Of a stretch of 64,000 bases of DNA, positions 1-11,299 are shown in pieces (position 1 is the stretch's first letter; each line of letters opens with the position of its first letter). The position numbers were made by a program, and so were the translations under genes. The DNA is from Mobula hypostoma (lineage: Eukaryota), in NCBI RefSeq assembly GCF_963921235.1, contig NC_086119.1:19096001-19160000 (forward strand), written 5' to 3'. Below the pieces are notes generated by a model that was not told where the DNA came from, did not search any database, and saw only the letters and a program-made list of their open reading frames with translations.

Positions 1-175
1 GGGAATCATGGTTGGTAAAAGAGAGGAGAGAGAGCAGGAAGGCACCAGAGAGACAATCTGTAATGATCAATAAACTGATTGTTTGGAAGCAAATGAGCTT
101 GACTGGTGTCTTAGGGCTAAGTGTGTCTGCACCCGTGACACTTCCTCATCCCTGACACTCCTTCTCTGCCACCAA
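1..175 (+). repeat. Unclassified interspersed repeat (family X), copy 1
   Basis: Aligns by eye to 17560-17780 (+) and 26255-26545 (-): tgtaatgatcaataaac..ttgtttggaa..ctggtgtc..gtgtgtctgcacccgtg. Confidence 0.7.
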
Positions 176-668
176 AAAGGGGAGGGAAAGTAGGATAGCT
201 AGGAGGTGATAGGCGAAGCCAGTGGGTATAAAAGATAAAGGACTGGAGAAGAAGGAATCGGTTCAAGAGGAGGGTAGACCATAGTAGAAAAGGAAGGAGG
301 AGAGGAGGTGATTGACTGGTGAGAAGAGGTAAGAGGCCAGACTGGGGAATAGAAGAAGAGGGGGAGGGGAGGGGAACTTTTTTTTACCGGAAAGAGAAAT
401 CGATATTCATGCTGTCAGGTTGGAGGCTGCTCAGATGTTCCTCCAGCCTGAGGATAGCCTCACCTGGCTTCACCTATCACCTTCTAACTCCTGTTTCTTG
501 TCCCCTCACCTTTTTCTTCTGGCATCTTCTCCCTTCCTTGACAGTCCTGAAGAAGGGTCTTGGTCCAAAACGTTGAATGTCTTTTCATTTCCATAGATGC
601 TGCCTGACCTGCTGGGTTCCCCCAGCATTTTGTGAGTGTTGCTTTGGATTTCCGGCATCTGCAGGCTT
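176..668. mobile_element. Penelope-like element pLTR fragments in inverted arrangement (minus ~176-460, plus ~460-668) with a degenerate hammerhead at 542-579
   Basis: Homologous to PLE ends at 15419-15930 and 27970-28425; cagtc-ctgaaga-agggtcttggtcc-aaaacgtt-gaatg. Confidence 0.8.
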
Positions 669-1854
669 TATCATGTTCATAATAATGTTTCAGCTTTGTG
701 CATAATATTCCCAAATATCATTAAAACTGATCTTTCATGTATGATCTGAATTCCATTGCCAAACTTTATGCAAAAGCTGTTTTAAATGCTAATTGCAAGT
801 GACGTAAGACAATAATGTCTCTAATTGCATTGACGCATTGCCTGGTCATCTGTGTAATAAACTTACTTACTGTAGGTTAAAAGTGCAATTTTTGATTGTC
901 ATTCTGAGTGGGAACAGAATTTGTGTTAACATTGATGTGGTTGAAGACAAATGCTTCTAATGTCGGAAACACTGTGCAAGTCACTGATCAGTGTCAATGC
1001 TAATAAATTTAATTTGGCAAAAGGTTAATCAAAGGAAACATCACACTTCTTGATTGTTAATGAGTGCCTTGGGTTTCAGTGATGAGATTCACTCTCTTGC
1101 AGTTTTTACATCTAGTTATTTCCTGCTCAGTTATCAAGGATATGCCGCACTGTAGCTTCACAAGACACATTATTCATCGAATCTATTGGACAATCACTGT
1201 AAAATTATTGATCTGTAACCACAATTGGTGATTTTCCTGTGGATACAAGCATGTCTGATTATTAGCACATTTCAATGAAAAGTGTGAGTCTTCTCCTGTG
1301 CTGTGAAATCTGTAACTAGTTTATACACTCGGTGACTACCTAATTAGGTACCTCCTGTAATAACCGATATTACATAAACTGCATACTACAGATCTGCTAG
1401 GAAAGATCATTGGCCGTACTTCTTTCACCACAAATGCAGCCTAGTCTGTTGAATATTTTCAATTTTTTTCCGGTTTTGTTTAATGTTGCAAAATGTCTCT
1501 TGATTTACATTTTTTCCCTTCTCTTTACTTCTACCAGAACCATCTAAATATCTTCTTGTCTTGAGGATAACTTGCGTTTCTCTCATGGTGAATTTTTCGT
1601 GACTTTCAATAGTGTCAACCAAATCACAGATCATCTGATAATTGAGAAACCTGCCCCTTTTTTCTCCCATTCCTATCCCACCTGAGTTCCCCATCTGCAA
1701 CAGCTCCAAATTTCAAGGAGATTCACTAAATTGAACCAATGCAGTCAAATTCCTCTATCCTCAGGTGTTGCGTGACCTGCTGAGTTTTAATGCCATTTAC
1801 AATGCGATTTCAGATGATCAAAATCCTCCTTAGCTTGCTTTACCCTTTTTGGAG

Positions 1855-1888
1855 TGTGTATGTGTGTGTGTGGGTGCAAGTGTGTGTC
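1855..1888. repeat. Imperfect (TG)n microsatellite
   Basis: Direct reading. Confidence 0.8.
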
Positions 1889-2019
1889 TTTTAGCCTCCC
1901 CTTACTGACTTAATGAAGAGAAAAGGTTTGTTTTACAACTGGATCAAATGTGGGTTATCAAGGTCTGCTGATAAACAGATATAACATTGAGTAGTGGAAA
2001 TAATACTTCCACTGGGTCA

Positions 2020-2272
2020 TCCCCTCCTTCCCTTTCTCCTATTGTCCACTCCTGTCAGATTTCTTCTTCTCCAGCCCTTGACATTTCCCAGCCACCCAGC
2101 TTCACCTATCACCTTCCAGCTAGCCCCCTTCCCCTCTCTCCACATTTTTGTTTTGGCATCTTCCCCCTTCCTTCTCACTCCTGAAGAAGGGTCCTGGCCC
2201 AAAACAATGACTATCTATTCATTTTCATAGTTGCTACATGACCTACTGAGTTCCTTCAGCATTTTGTGCGTG
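2020..2272 (+). mobile_element. PLE pLTR fragment with degenerate hammerhead (2176-2214)
   Basis: Pyrimidine-rich pLTR body, then ctgaagaagggtcctggcccaaaac and the shared tail ..gttccttcagcattttgtg. Confidence 0.75.
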
Positions 2273-2814
2273 GTGGGAATAATAATCTAGTTTTGTGTTA
2301 CAGGACAAACAACCTGAATGTTATAAAATCAAATTCCATCTTGGCTAGCAGAATATGATAATTATATCAATTTTTTATCTATTTCTTTAGGATAGACCTG
2401 ATGGAAGTTTAAAAATTAAGAGCGGCATAGATAGGTTAGACAAGCAAGAACAACTTACTTAACAGATACAGCCTTACCAAATACACATACTACATAGAAA
2501 TCAATAAGTGAACAACAGCAGAATTAAAAGAGGAAATTGAAAGACTTTGGAACATGAACAAGACATACATTGTCCCAATAGTAATATCTATAATTGGTAT
2601 CATCCCAAAGTCACTACATAATAACATTAAACAATGAGGTCTATGCAGCAATATTTATGCAATCTCCAGAAAGCCATACAGACAAACTGTACTATCTATG
2701 CTGTATCACATATACAGTATTCCCTTTCAACTCTTTTCTCTTCTGCATCTTAAGGCTTGTTTCCATCTCAGAATAGCCAGCTCCTGCACATTTTTGCAGC
2801 ACACATCAGTTTTG

Positions 2815-3170
2815 CTTAATTTATTTGTTCATGGGATGTGAATGCCAATGGCAAAACAGAATTGTCCAGCACTGTGGAGTGTGTTGATTGTCAACCAGCT
2901 GAGTAGGTCTGGAGTTACATAAAGATCAGATCAGGTAATGAAAGCAAATCCTTTATCCGAAGGATATTAATTCATCAGTTGGGATTTTATGACAATCTGG
3001 TAACTTTATGGCTATCATTACTTAGAAATGCATTGTTAAAATTCAAGATTTATGTAATATTAAACTCAATAAATGGACTTAAATTCCCCAGCTGTCATAG
3101 TTGGATTTGAACTCACATCAACTTTCAGGACTCTGCCTGCCAATCCAGTAAGTTACCCATCATGCCACGG
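2815..3170 (-). mobile_element. Old tRNA-headed elasmobranch SINE with CR1-type tail, degenerate
   Basis: Minus strand has a B-box-like gagttcaaatcc near 3100-3115; tail resembles the old CR1 tails at ~23720 and ~30850. Confidence 0.5.
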
Positions 3171-3613
3171 TACATTTCTAAGGCTAAATGTTTGTGATGG
3201 ATACCTTGGCTAGTCTTTTGGATACCCCTTTCAGGGTGAGCTGTGATGACCATGAAGTTCTAAACTCAAACAAAGACCTTAACCCTATCCTATGTAGATA
3301 GCTATGGGTACCCAAACAAAAGGGAAGTTATGCTGTACCTACCTACTTGTCAAAAACCAGTTCAGAAGTTCAAAGTTCAAAGTAAATTTATTATCAAAGT
3401 ACATACAACCCTGAGATTTGGTTCCTTGCAGGCATACTCAGTAAATCCAAGAACCATAATAGAAGCAATGAAAGACTGCACCCAACAGGGCAGACAAACG
3501 GCCATTGTGCAAAAGATAACAAACTGCGCAAAGACAAAAGAGAAAAAATATAATGATGATAATAAATAAACAATAAATATCAAGAACATCACAGTTCTTG
3601 AAAGTGAGCCCAT

Positions 3614-4475
3614 TGTCACGTGACTGGCAACAATGAATATAGAATTGAGTCAGGTTTTATATAAAAAAAACCAAACATTTATTAAACTCTGCTCAAAAAT
3701 AACGGAATGTATTTAAACGACTAACTTAACCAGAAGTTAACTGCTATACGGCAACTCTGGAACAGTTCTTAAAAGGGTAAATGCGAAAACAGTTCTTAAA
3801 GTGGTAAATTCGAACACAGAGTGGTAAATTCGAAAGTCCAAGAGGTTTATACAGTCAATTAAGAGAGTCTTTCCTGAAGTAAAGAATTCCTCGAAGACGT
3901 GACGTTACTGCTGATCCCTGCCGGAATCTGCCTTGTCTGCAGGATTCACAACGACGGAAATAAAACGGTTTAAAGGAACTGACCTTTTCCTCTGGAGAAT
4001 AGACACTGCACAATCCTTCCTGCTTTAGCAGAGGATATCTCAAAATGCAGGTCATTTTTTCTTGAACAAAGGTTCAGTAAAAGTTGATCCTTTCCAAAAC
4101 TGCAAAACAATATCAGCTTTACTCGACTCGGCGAATTCCTGTACTTTGGTAAGATCTTCACTCTCCAATACTACTTACAATAGAAAGTAGAACTCCACTT
4201 TAAAACGAAACTGCGTCATAAGACAAATATGCAGCATAACAGAGTATCTGATGAATTAAATAACGAACTAAACTTAAAACTCAACTGGAAAAACTAACTA
4301 TGTCATACCAGTGGTCTCCCTTTTATAGCTGTGGTGAACATTTCATCACATGACCTCACACTGGCGGGAAAATTACATCACCCCACCATCACATGACCAT
4401 TACCTCATGCTCATAAGATACTCAATTACATCATGGTCATAAGACAGTCACATGATATCCATGAGGTATGTAACA
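3614..4475 (-). mobile_element. Solo LTR (862 bp), probably Gypsy-type
   Basis: TG...CA termini (tgtcac/gtaaca); 4-bp TSD ccat at 3610-3613 and 4476-4479; minus-strand TATAAAAG at 4320-4327 and AATAAA at 3678-3683; the host Rex1 resumes seamlessly. Confidence 0.85.
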
Positions 4476-4937
4476 CCATAGATTGTGGGAAGAGTTCTGT
4501 GATGGGGCAAGTGAAGTGAGGTTATCCCCACTGGTTTAACAGCCTGATGACTGTTCCTGAACCTGGTGATATGAGCCCTGAGGCTTCTGTATCTTCTTCC
4601 TGATGGCAGCTGTGAGAAGAAAGCATGACTTGGTGGTGGGGGTCAGTGTTAATGAATGCTGCCTTTCTGTGACAGCGCTGCATGTAGATGTCCTTAATTT
4701 GCAAACTTTTAAGGAAGTAGAGGCGCTGCTATGCTTTCTTCATAATTGCACTTATGTGTTGGGTAGAGGGCAGGTCCTCTGAAATGATAAAACTGAGGAA
4801 TTTAAAGTTGCTGACCCTCTCCACTTCTGATCCCCTGATGAGGACTGGCTCATGGATCTCCAGTTTTATCCTCCTGAAGTCAATAAGCAGCTCCTGGGTC
4901 TTACTGACAAAGAGTGAGAGGTTGTTGTTTATGCAGC

Positions 4938-5355
4938 TGTTACCAGGTTTGGATACGGCCCAAGTGCAGAGTGAGAGACACTGAAGCAGGTCGATAGTTC
5001 ACAGACTTTAATATGTACAGTGTTAAAGGGAAAGTAAAACTATAAACTCTAGGCCAAACAGAGCCGTTAACTAAAACTCCCAAAAGGAAAAGGAAGCCTA
5101 CACTGTGGCTGAAAAGAACATCTAAACATTAAACAAATATCACTAGTCTTCAGACTTGAAAGTCCAATATCTCAGGGAAGGCCGAATGCGAAACAGCAGC
5201 GAAGCATTGCTATGCTCTGTCCAAGTCTCGACCAGCACTACGACGACAAATATGGAGTTAAATACTATCACGATTCAATAATAATTAGCTGACACGTGCT
5301 AATTCACAAGCGCAATTGCCGTATCTACTGTGTTGCCGAATCCGTGGTTGTGACA
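4938..5355 (-). mobile_element. Solo LTR (418 bp)
   Basis: tgttac...gtgaca termini; 5-bp TSD gcagc at 4933-4937 and 5356-5360; interrupts Rex1. Strand is tentative. Confidence 0.8.
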
Positions 5356-5977
5356 GCAGCATTCAGCCAGGTTTTCAATCTCCCTCCTACATGCTGATTT
5401 GTCATTACCTTTGACTTGGACAGTGGTGGCATCAACAAACTTGAGTATGATATTGGAGCTGTGCTTGGCCACACAGTCATAAGTATAAAGGGAGTAGAGC
5501 AGGGGCTAAGCACACAGCTTTGTGGTGCACCTGTGGTACTGGAGACTGTGGAGGAGATGTTGCTGCCAACGCCAACTTCTCTGTTTATCCTCTCGGCGAG
5601 TTTAGATGCCAATACCCACTATTTGAATGGTGGGTTACCGTCCCTATCCAGGAGGAGTTACTTCCAGCTAACAAAGCAGCTCATTTAGTTTGAGAGATAC
5701 ATGTTTAAATCCAGACAAAGCTCCTAAAACACAATTAAAACTCAGAGAGGATTTTTATCTCAAAAAATATTTCTAAAGCACAAAGGATTTCCAAAGCACA
5801 AAAGATACAATTCCAATAAGCTAAACAGACATACCAACAATGCATTTTAAAAATTGAGGCAAGTCAATAAAAAGATTAACATGGTAAAAAAAAATTTACC
5901 TTGACTGAGGTATTTCTGCAATGCAAAAGACTCCTAGCATCCAGCTTCAAACAGTTACTAATGCATGAAGTTCTTTG

Positions 5978-6293
5978 CCCAAGCATTTCTCTGATCATCT
6001 CGGAGTGACCCCAGCATTTCACGGTTCATCACAGTGTGACCCCAGCATTTCACTGTTCATCTCGGGGTGACCCCAGCATTTCACTGTTCATCTCCGTGTG
6101 ACCCCAGCATTTCACTGTTCATCTCGGGGTGACCCCAGCATTTCACTGTTCATCTCGGGGTGACCCCAGCATTTCACTATTCATCTCCGGGTGTCCCCAG
6201 CATTTCTCTGTTCATCTCGGGGTGACCCCAGCATTTCACTGTTCATCTCAGTGTGACCCCAGCATTTCTCTGTTCATCTCGGGGTGACCCCAG
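5978..6293. repeat. Minisatellite, 31-bp unit x ~10 (ccccagcatttcactgttcatctcggggtga)
   Basis: Unit starts at 5978, 6009, 6040, 6071 ... 6288, with no spacers. Confidence 0.95.
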
Positions 6294-6382
6294 TAGCTGC
6301 AGCAGTAGAGCTGCTCTGTGTGCTGGTCTTACACTTCCATTGTTCAGACAGATGATGATCAGCATTTCTCAACAAAACTGCT

Positions 6383-6735
6383 GGCAAAAGGGAGTTGAGA
6401 GGGATAATAAATTAGCCAAGATTGAATGGCAGAGCAGACTCGATGGGCCAAATGACCTAATTCTGCTCCTATGTCTTATGGTCTTGTTTATGAGGAGAAG
6501 GCAGGAAAATGGGGTTGAGAAGGATAATGTATCGGCCAAGATTGAATGGTGGGGCAGGTTCGATGGGCTGAGTGGCGGAATTCTCTTCCTATTTCTTATG
6601 GTCTCATTAACGTGGAGAAGGCAGGAGAATGGGTTTGAGAGGGAGAATAAATCAAACATGGTTGAATGTCTGAGCAGCTTCCATGAGCCAAATGTTCTAA
6701 TTCTGCTTCTACTGTATGTCAAATTATGGTCTTAT
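6383..6735 (+). mobile_element. Three head-to-tail CR1 (HER1-like) 3' tails
   Basis: Three copies of ggcagg.gaatggggttgagagggataataa..ttgaatgg..gatgggcc..ttctgctcctatgtcttatggtctt. Confidence 0.85.
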
Positions 6736-7504
6736 GAAAGGCAGATCCAGCTCTGTTTATGGCAGTTTTGCAGCCGTCATTGGCTATAGAAGTGAGGATG
6801 AAATTTCTAGCTGGTGATCCGCATCCAGAACAGAAACAGTGCGAAGTACCTATTAAGGTATAATTATTTCAATGCCTGCTGGTTTTCTGTTATGAACAAT
6901 TAAGTGGGGAACTCCCTGAATGCAAGTAAAATAGTTCAGTTCAGAAAGAGAATCTGTGCAAAACACTAGAGTGAGTAAGTAATAACAGCAAGAAAATATA
7001 TAACCGCTCTTGGTGATAACGTTGTGCATCTGATAGGCCTTCGGAGGCCCCGAATATGACACCAGTGTTTCTCTTGCTAAATTGTGGTCTCAGGAGCAAC
7101 ATCTTTTGACTATAATTGTATTCCCTCCACTGGTTTGCTTGTGATGCCGTGTAAATTGAACCTATGTCTGTGTGCCCACATTTATCAGGAGGACAGATTA
7201 GTTTCATCCATCAAACTGAAGTAACCTGATACAGCTTTAAACCTCACGGGGGAAACCCTTCGGTCTCAAAACGCAATGAAAAGGAATTCAAAAAATATTG
7301 GATGTGCAGTGATAAGTTGAGCTGTTTGCGTTAAATTTTTATAGGTGTGGATCTGAGTCTCAGCCGTAAAGCCGTCGTAAAAATACCTGACCGAAGTGCT
7401 CCTGCGATAAACACCACGGTGTGATCTTCCTCCACTAACCTGCCGCCTCTGATCCATATCCTGACTGACCAAGCACCAACGTGACTTGGTTGACAGCAGT
7501 TATG

Positions 7505-7917
7505 CTGCCCTCAGTTTGTAGAATGGTACAGCACAGGAGTGGGCCCTTCAGCCCATTGCGTCTGTGCCGATCATGGTGCCAAATTAAACTAATCCCATCT
7601 GCCTCCATAGGATCCTTATCCCACAGTCCCCGGCATATTTATCTGCCTATACAAAAGCCTCTTTTATGCTACTATCGCTTCTGCTTGGACTATAATGCCT
7701 GGCAGCCCATTCCAACCCCTCTCAGTATAAAACAGCTTGCCCCACACATCCCTTTAAACTTTTTCCCCTCACCATAACGCTGTGCCCTCTAGTATTTGAC
7801 ATTTCTACCATTCAGGCTCTCTACCCTGTCTACTCTCATCATTTTATAGTCTTTTAGCAGGTTTCCCATCAAGGTCAGACGCTCCTGACAAAACAATATA
7901 ATTTTGCCCAAACTCCG
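7505..7917 (-). mobile_element. CR1 LINE 3' fragment, old
   Basis: Reverse complement of CR1 3' ORF end and UTR (..gtgccctctagtatttgacatttc..). Confidence 0.7.
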
Positions 7918-8438
7918 AGTTCAAGAGCAGAGGTTATGGTACAGCTCTGAAAAAAAAACCATGATAAGACCACGCTTGGAATATTGTGCTCGGTTCTGCT
8001 CATCTTGCTATAGGAAGGATGTGGCGCAGAGGAGATTTACCAGGATGCTATCTGGTCTAGGGAGCATGTCTTATGGAGATAGGTTAAGCAAGCTAGGGCT
8101 TTTCTCTTCAGAGCGAAGGTGACTTGATAGAGATGTACAAGATTATAAGAGGCATGGATAGAGTGGATAGTCAGAGACTATTCCCCAGGATGGAAATGCC
8201 TAATACAAGGGGCATAATTTTAAGGTGATTGGAGGGAAGTATAGGAAGGATAGCAGAGGTAAGTGTTTTACACAGTGAATGATGGGTGCACGGAACATTC
8301 GGCCAAGGGTGGTGGTAGAGACAGATAGATTAGGGACATTTAGAAAATTCTTAGGTAGGCACATGGATAATAGAAAAATAGAAACCTATTTAGGAGGGAA
8401 GGGTTAGATTGACCTAAGAGTAGGTTAAAAAGGTTTAG
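7918..8438 (+). mobile_element. CR1 LINE 3' fragment
   Basis: Translation IRPRLEYCARFCS..QRRFTRMLSGLGSMSYGDRLSKLGLFSSERR is the typical CR1 ORF2 C-terminus. Confidence 0.9.
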
Positions 8439-8971
8439 ATTTACAAAGCTGATCTGGATCCTTATACCATCTGTGATCAAGTAGCCAGTGAGCTAGATGG
8501 TATGGATGCTGAAAGAACTCTTTCCAAGGTTGAGCAGAGTCCATGGGTAACACCAGTGGTCCTAGTAGCTGAGAAGAATGGATTTTTCTGGATCTGTGGT
8601 GAGTTTAAGGTCACCATCAATCTAGTACTGAACGTAGATCAATACCCTCTTTCCAGGAAAGAGGATATCTTTGCAAACTTTTCTGGAGGAAAACACTTCA
8701 GCAAAGTGGACTTAGTTGAGGCCTATCTATAGACAGAGATGGAAGAAGAATCTGATGTGTTTCTCGCTATAATAGGCTTATTTTTGGATAACATCTGCAC
8801 CTGTACTCTGGCAGAAAGCTATGGACCAGTATCTGCAAGGTTCTCCGGGCACTCAGTATTACCTGGAAAACATCATTGTTACCAATAGGAACGATAAGGA
8901 ATATCTCCAAAATCTCAAGACAGTGTTAAAAAGACAAGAAGACTATGGGCTCAGAGCATAATGCGGCAGGT

Positions 8972-9455
8972 CAGTCAGTCAGTGGGTGCCGTCCCGAATC
9001 CAGGTTTGGCGGCTATGCACCTCCATCTTCTTCGATCTTGCAACAGCACCGAGTACAGCCTCTCCTCCAGTTTGTTCTCACTGGCTGCCTTGGCACCGCC
9101 TGCCACCACCCCCACCGAACTCGAGCCCAAGGCCGTGTCGGCCTCCAGCCGTGGCCGCTTCTTCGAGCTCAGCCCTTCCTTAGGCGGAGGCCTTGAGCAG
9201 GTCCAGGCACATGGTGCAGCGCCCAAGTTCATCATGTCTCTTCTAACTAGGTGCATCGTATACGATTCGTAGATACGTGGTGAGGCTTTTCCACGGAAGA
9301 TGGCCATTGGCTCACAAGGAGCTCATCCGCCCTTTGTCAGGTCTTGTTTTTTTTTAGTCCTGCTGGGTGTCCTCACACCCTCCTCACCAGAGTAAGTCCG
9401 GTGGGGGAGCCAGCCCAAGTCGCCAACCACTCGACCACGGTCCCCGGCCGAGCGC
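8972..9455 (-). mobile_element. Non-autonomous RTE-tailed retroelement inserted in Gypsy RT, carrying a host gene fragment
   Basis: GC-rich insert flanked by caggt (8967-8971 / 9456-9460; extends to gcggcaggt/gcgccaggt); RTE-like C-terminus HLVRRDMMNLG...QDRRRWR; (ctga)n tail. Confidence 0.75.
9043..9220 (-). pseudogene. ZFTRAF1: Captured, circularly permuted fragment of ZFTRAF1/CYHR1 first coding exon
   Basis: 9178-9043 encodes ..[16 protein letters not shown] and 9220-9181 encodes CTMCLDLLKASA. Recalled ZFTRAF1 reads KKRLR..[25 protein letters not shown]. Confidence 0.8.
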
Positions 9456-11299
9456 CAGGTATGAATCCTTTAAACCAAGCATCTGTTACTGTGGTCACAC
9501 CATTGACACGCAAGAATTATACACATGTGCTGAGAAAATTCAAGAAGTGGTAGATGTCCCAAGGCCAAAGGTCATGTTGTGGTCCTTTTTAGGGTTTGTC
9601 AATTACTGTAACAGGTTCCTGCCTAACCTGGCTACTGTGCTCCACCTCTTAAACTCATTACTACAGATCGGGAAGAAATGACGATGGACTAAACAGTACA
9701 ATGTGCTTTTCAAAAAGGTAAAGGAAATGGTGACATCAGACACTGTACTCATACATCATGATCCACATCGTCCAGTGATCCCTCACCTTATGGTATAGTT
9801 GCAGTCATGTCGCATATTATGAGTGATGGCAGTGAACACCCCATTGACTTTGCATCACATTCCCTTACCACTGCAGAGAAAAATAACACACAGTTTGACA
9901 GAGAGATCTTGAGTCTGATTTGTGGTGTAAAATGTTTCAATCCAGTACTTGTATGGGAGAGAGTTCACCCTCATTAGAAATCATAAACCACTGGTGTCCA
10001 TTTTCAATCCACAGAAGTGTGATCCACAAACAGCAGCGGTGTGAATGCAGAGATGGGCTCTGTTTCTTGGAGGGCCCAATTACAAGATTGAATTCAAGGG
10101 GACAGCTAATCTTGGAATGCTGATTTTCCAAGAGTCACTTTTACCCTTGGAAGAAGAACTCCCCGAAAAATTTACAAAAGAAGACAGGTCTCTTGACATA
10201 TTTTCACTGGTGCAAATTGGAAGTCTCCCTATAACAGCGGAGATGATCCAAAGGGAAAAGACCCCATACTGTCTCAGGTCTAGATGGCAACCCAAAACAG
10301 CTGGAATGCACAGCAAGAATTCCAGTTCCCACGTTTTTGCCCTGGCCCGGATGAACTTCCCCTTGACGGGGGTTGGGAAGTTCTTGTACCATTCCAGCTG
10401 AAATCTAAAGTGTTGGATGAGGTACATGCCGATCATCAATGTATGGTCAAAGTGAAAGCTATGTCTCAAAGTTTTGTCTGATGATCTGGGATAGATCAGC
10501 AGATTGCGCTGCTTGCCATGCACTGTTCTGGATCCCAACGCGTCCAGAAGGTACCAAGAGCAGTGCCTCTCCATCCCTGGGAATGGTCCGCATTGCCCTG
10601 GCAGCGGATTCATGTGGATTCATGGTCACAAATTTCTTGGTAGTATTGGATGCATTACAAAGTTTCCAGAAGTGTTCCCAATAGCTTTCACTAACAGCCA
10701 ATGTGGTGAGAAGCTTCTTCTCAAGGACTGGTGCTCCAGAAGATTTAGTCAGTGATAATGGACCTGAGTTTGGTACAGAACAATTTCAATCATTCCTGAA
10801 TATGAATGGATTAAGACGTATTACATCTGCACCATACCACCCAGCTATATATAGCTTGGTGGAAAGGTTTGTCCAGAGCTTAAAGAACACACTGCGAGCA
10901 ACGTCAGCAGAACACACTACACTGAATCAGAAGCTCACTGATCTCCTCCTTGTATATCGAAATCAGCACACTCCACAACCAGCAACTCACCAACTCTGCT
11001 GTTCCTGGGTTGTCCCTTGCACTCACACTTGGATCTCCTCAAACCCACTCTCAGGAGGATTACGCAGGATAAACAGCTGAGACAAATCTAGAGTGCCTCA
11101 GACAAAAAGGTTCGATGTTTCACTCCTGGACAAGCAGCGCTGGTGTGGGAACTACAGAAGTGATCAAAAGTGGGTACTTGGAAAGATTAAAGACAGAGTT
11201 GGACCACTCTCCTAAACAGTGGAGATTATGTCTGATATCATCCGGAGATGACACAGTTGATGAGAGCAGAGTCAATTGTTAGAGAAGAAAGGTGTCCAG

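Larger units (their letters stand above)
3364..5575 (-). mobile_element. Rex1/Babar LINE 3' portion, degenerate, interrupted by two solo LTRs
   Basis: RT motif STTGAPQSCVLSP (ORF 5325-5612); 3' tail aaagttcaaagtaaatttattatcaaagtac shared with other copies. Confidence 0.8.

Noticed and set aside
5978-6293. CRISPR-like array (31-bp periodicity)
   Set aside because: Units are contiguous with no unique spacers; vertebrate context; no cas genes.
6253-6789. 178-aa ORF with internal repeats
   Set aside because: Chance read-through of the minisatellite end and triplicated CR1 3'UTR.
7505-8438. Twin-priming inversion of a single CR1
   Set aside because: The two halves cover overlapping parts of the CR1 3' end and differ in divergence, so they are two insertions.
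8975-9307. Functional ZFTRAF1 gene
   Set aside because: Only a 178-nt rearranged fragment embedded in a retroelement; no other exons in the window.
9439-9457. tRNA-Lys PBS-like motif TGGCGCTCGGCCGGGGACC on the minus strand
   Set aside because: Only a partial match, it overlaps the TSD, there is no adjacent LTR, and the element has a LINE-type tail.
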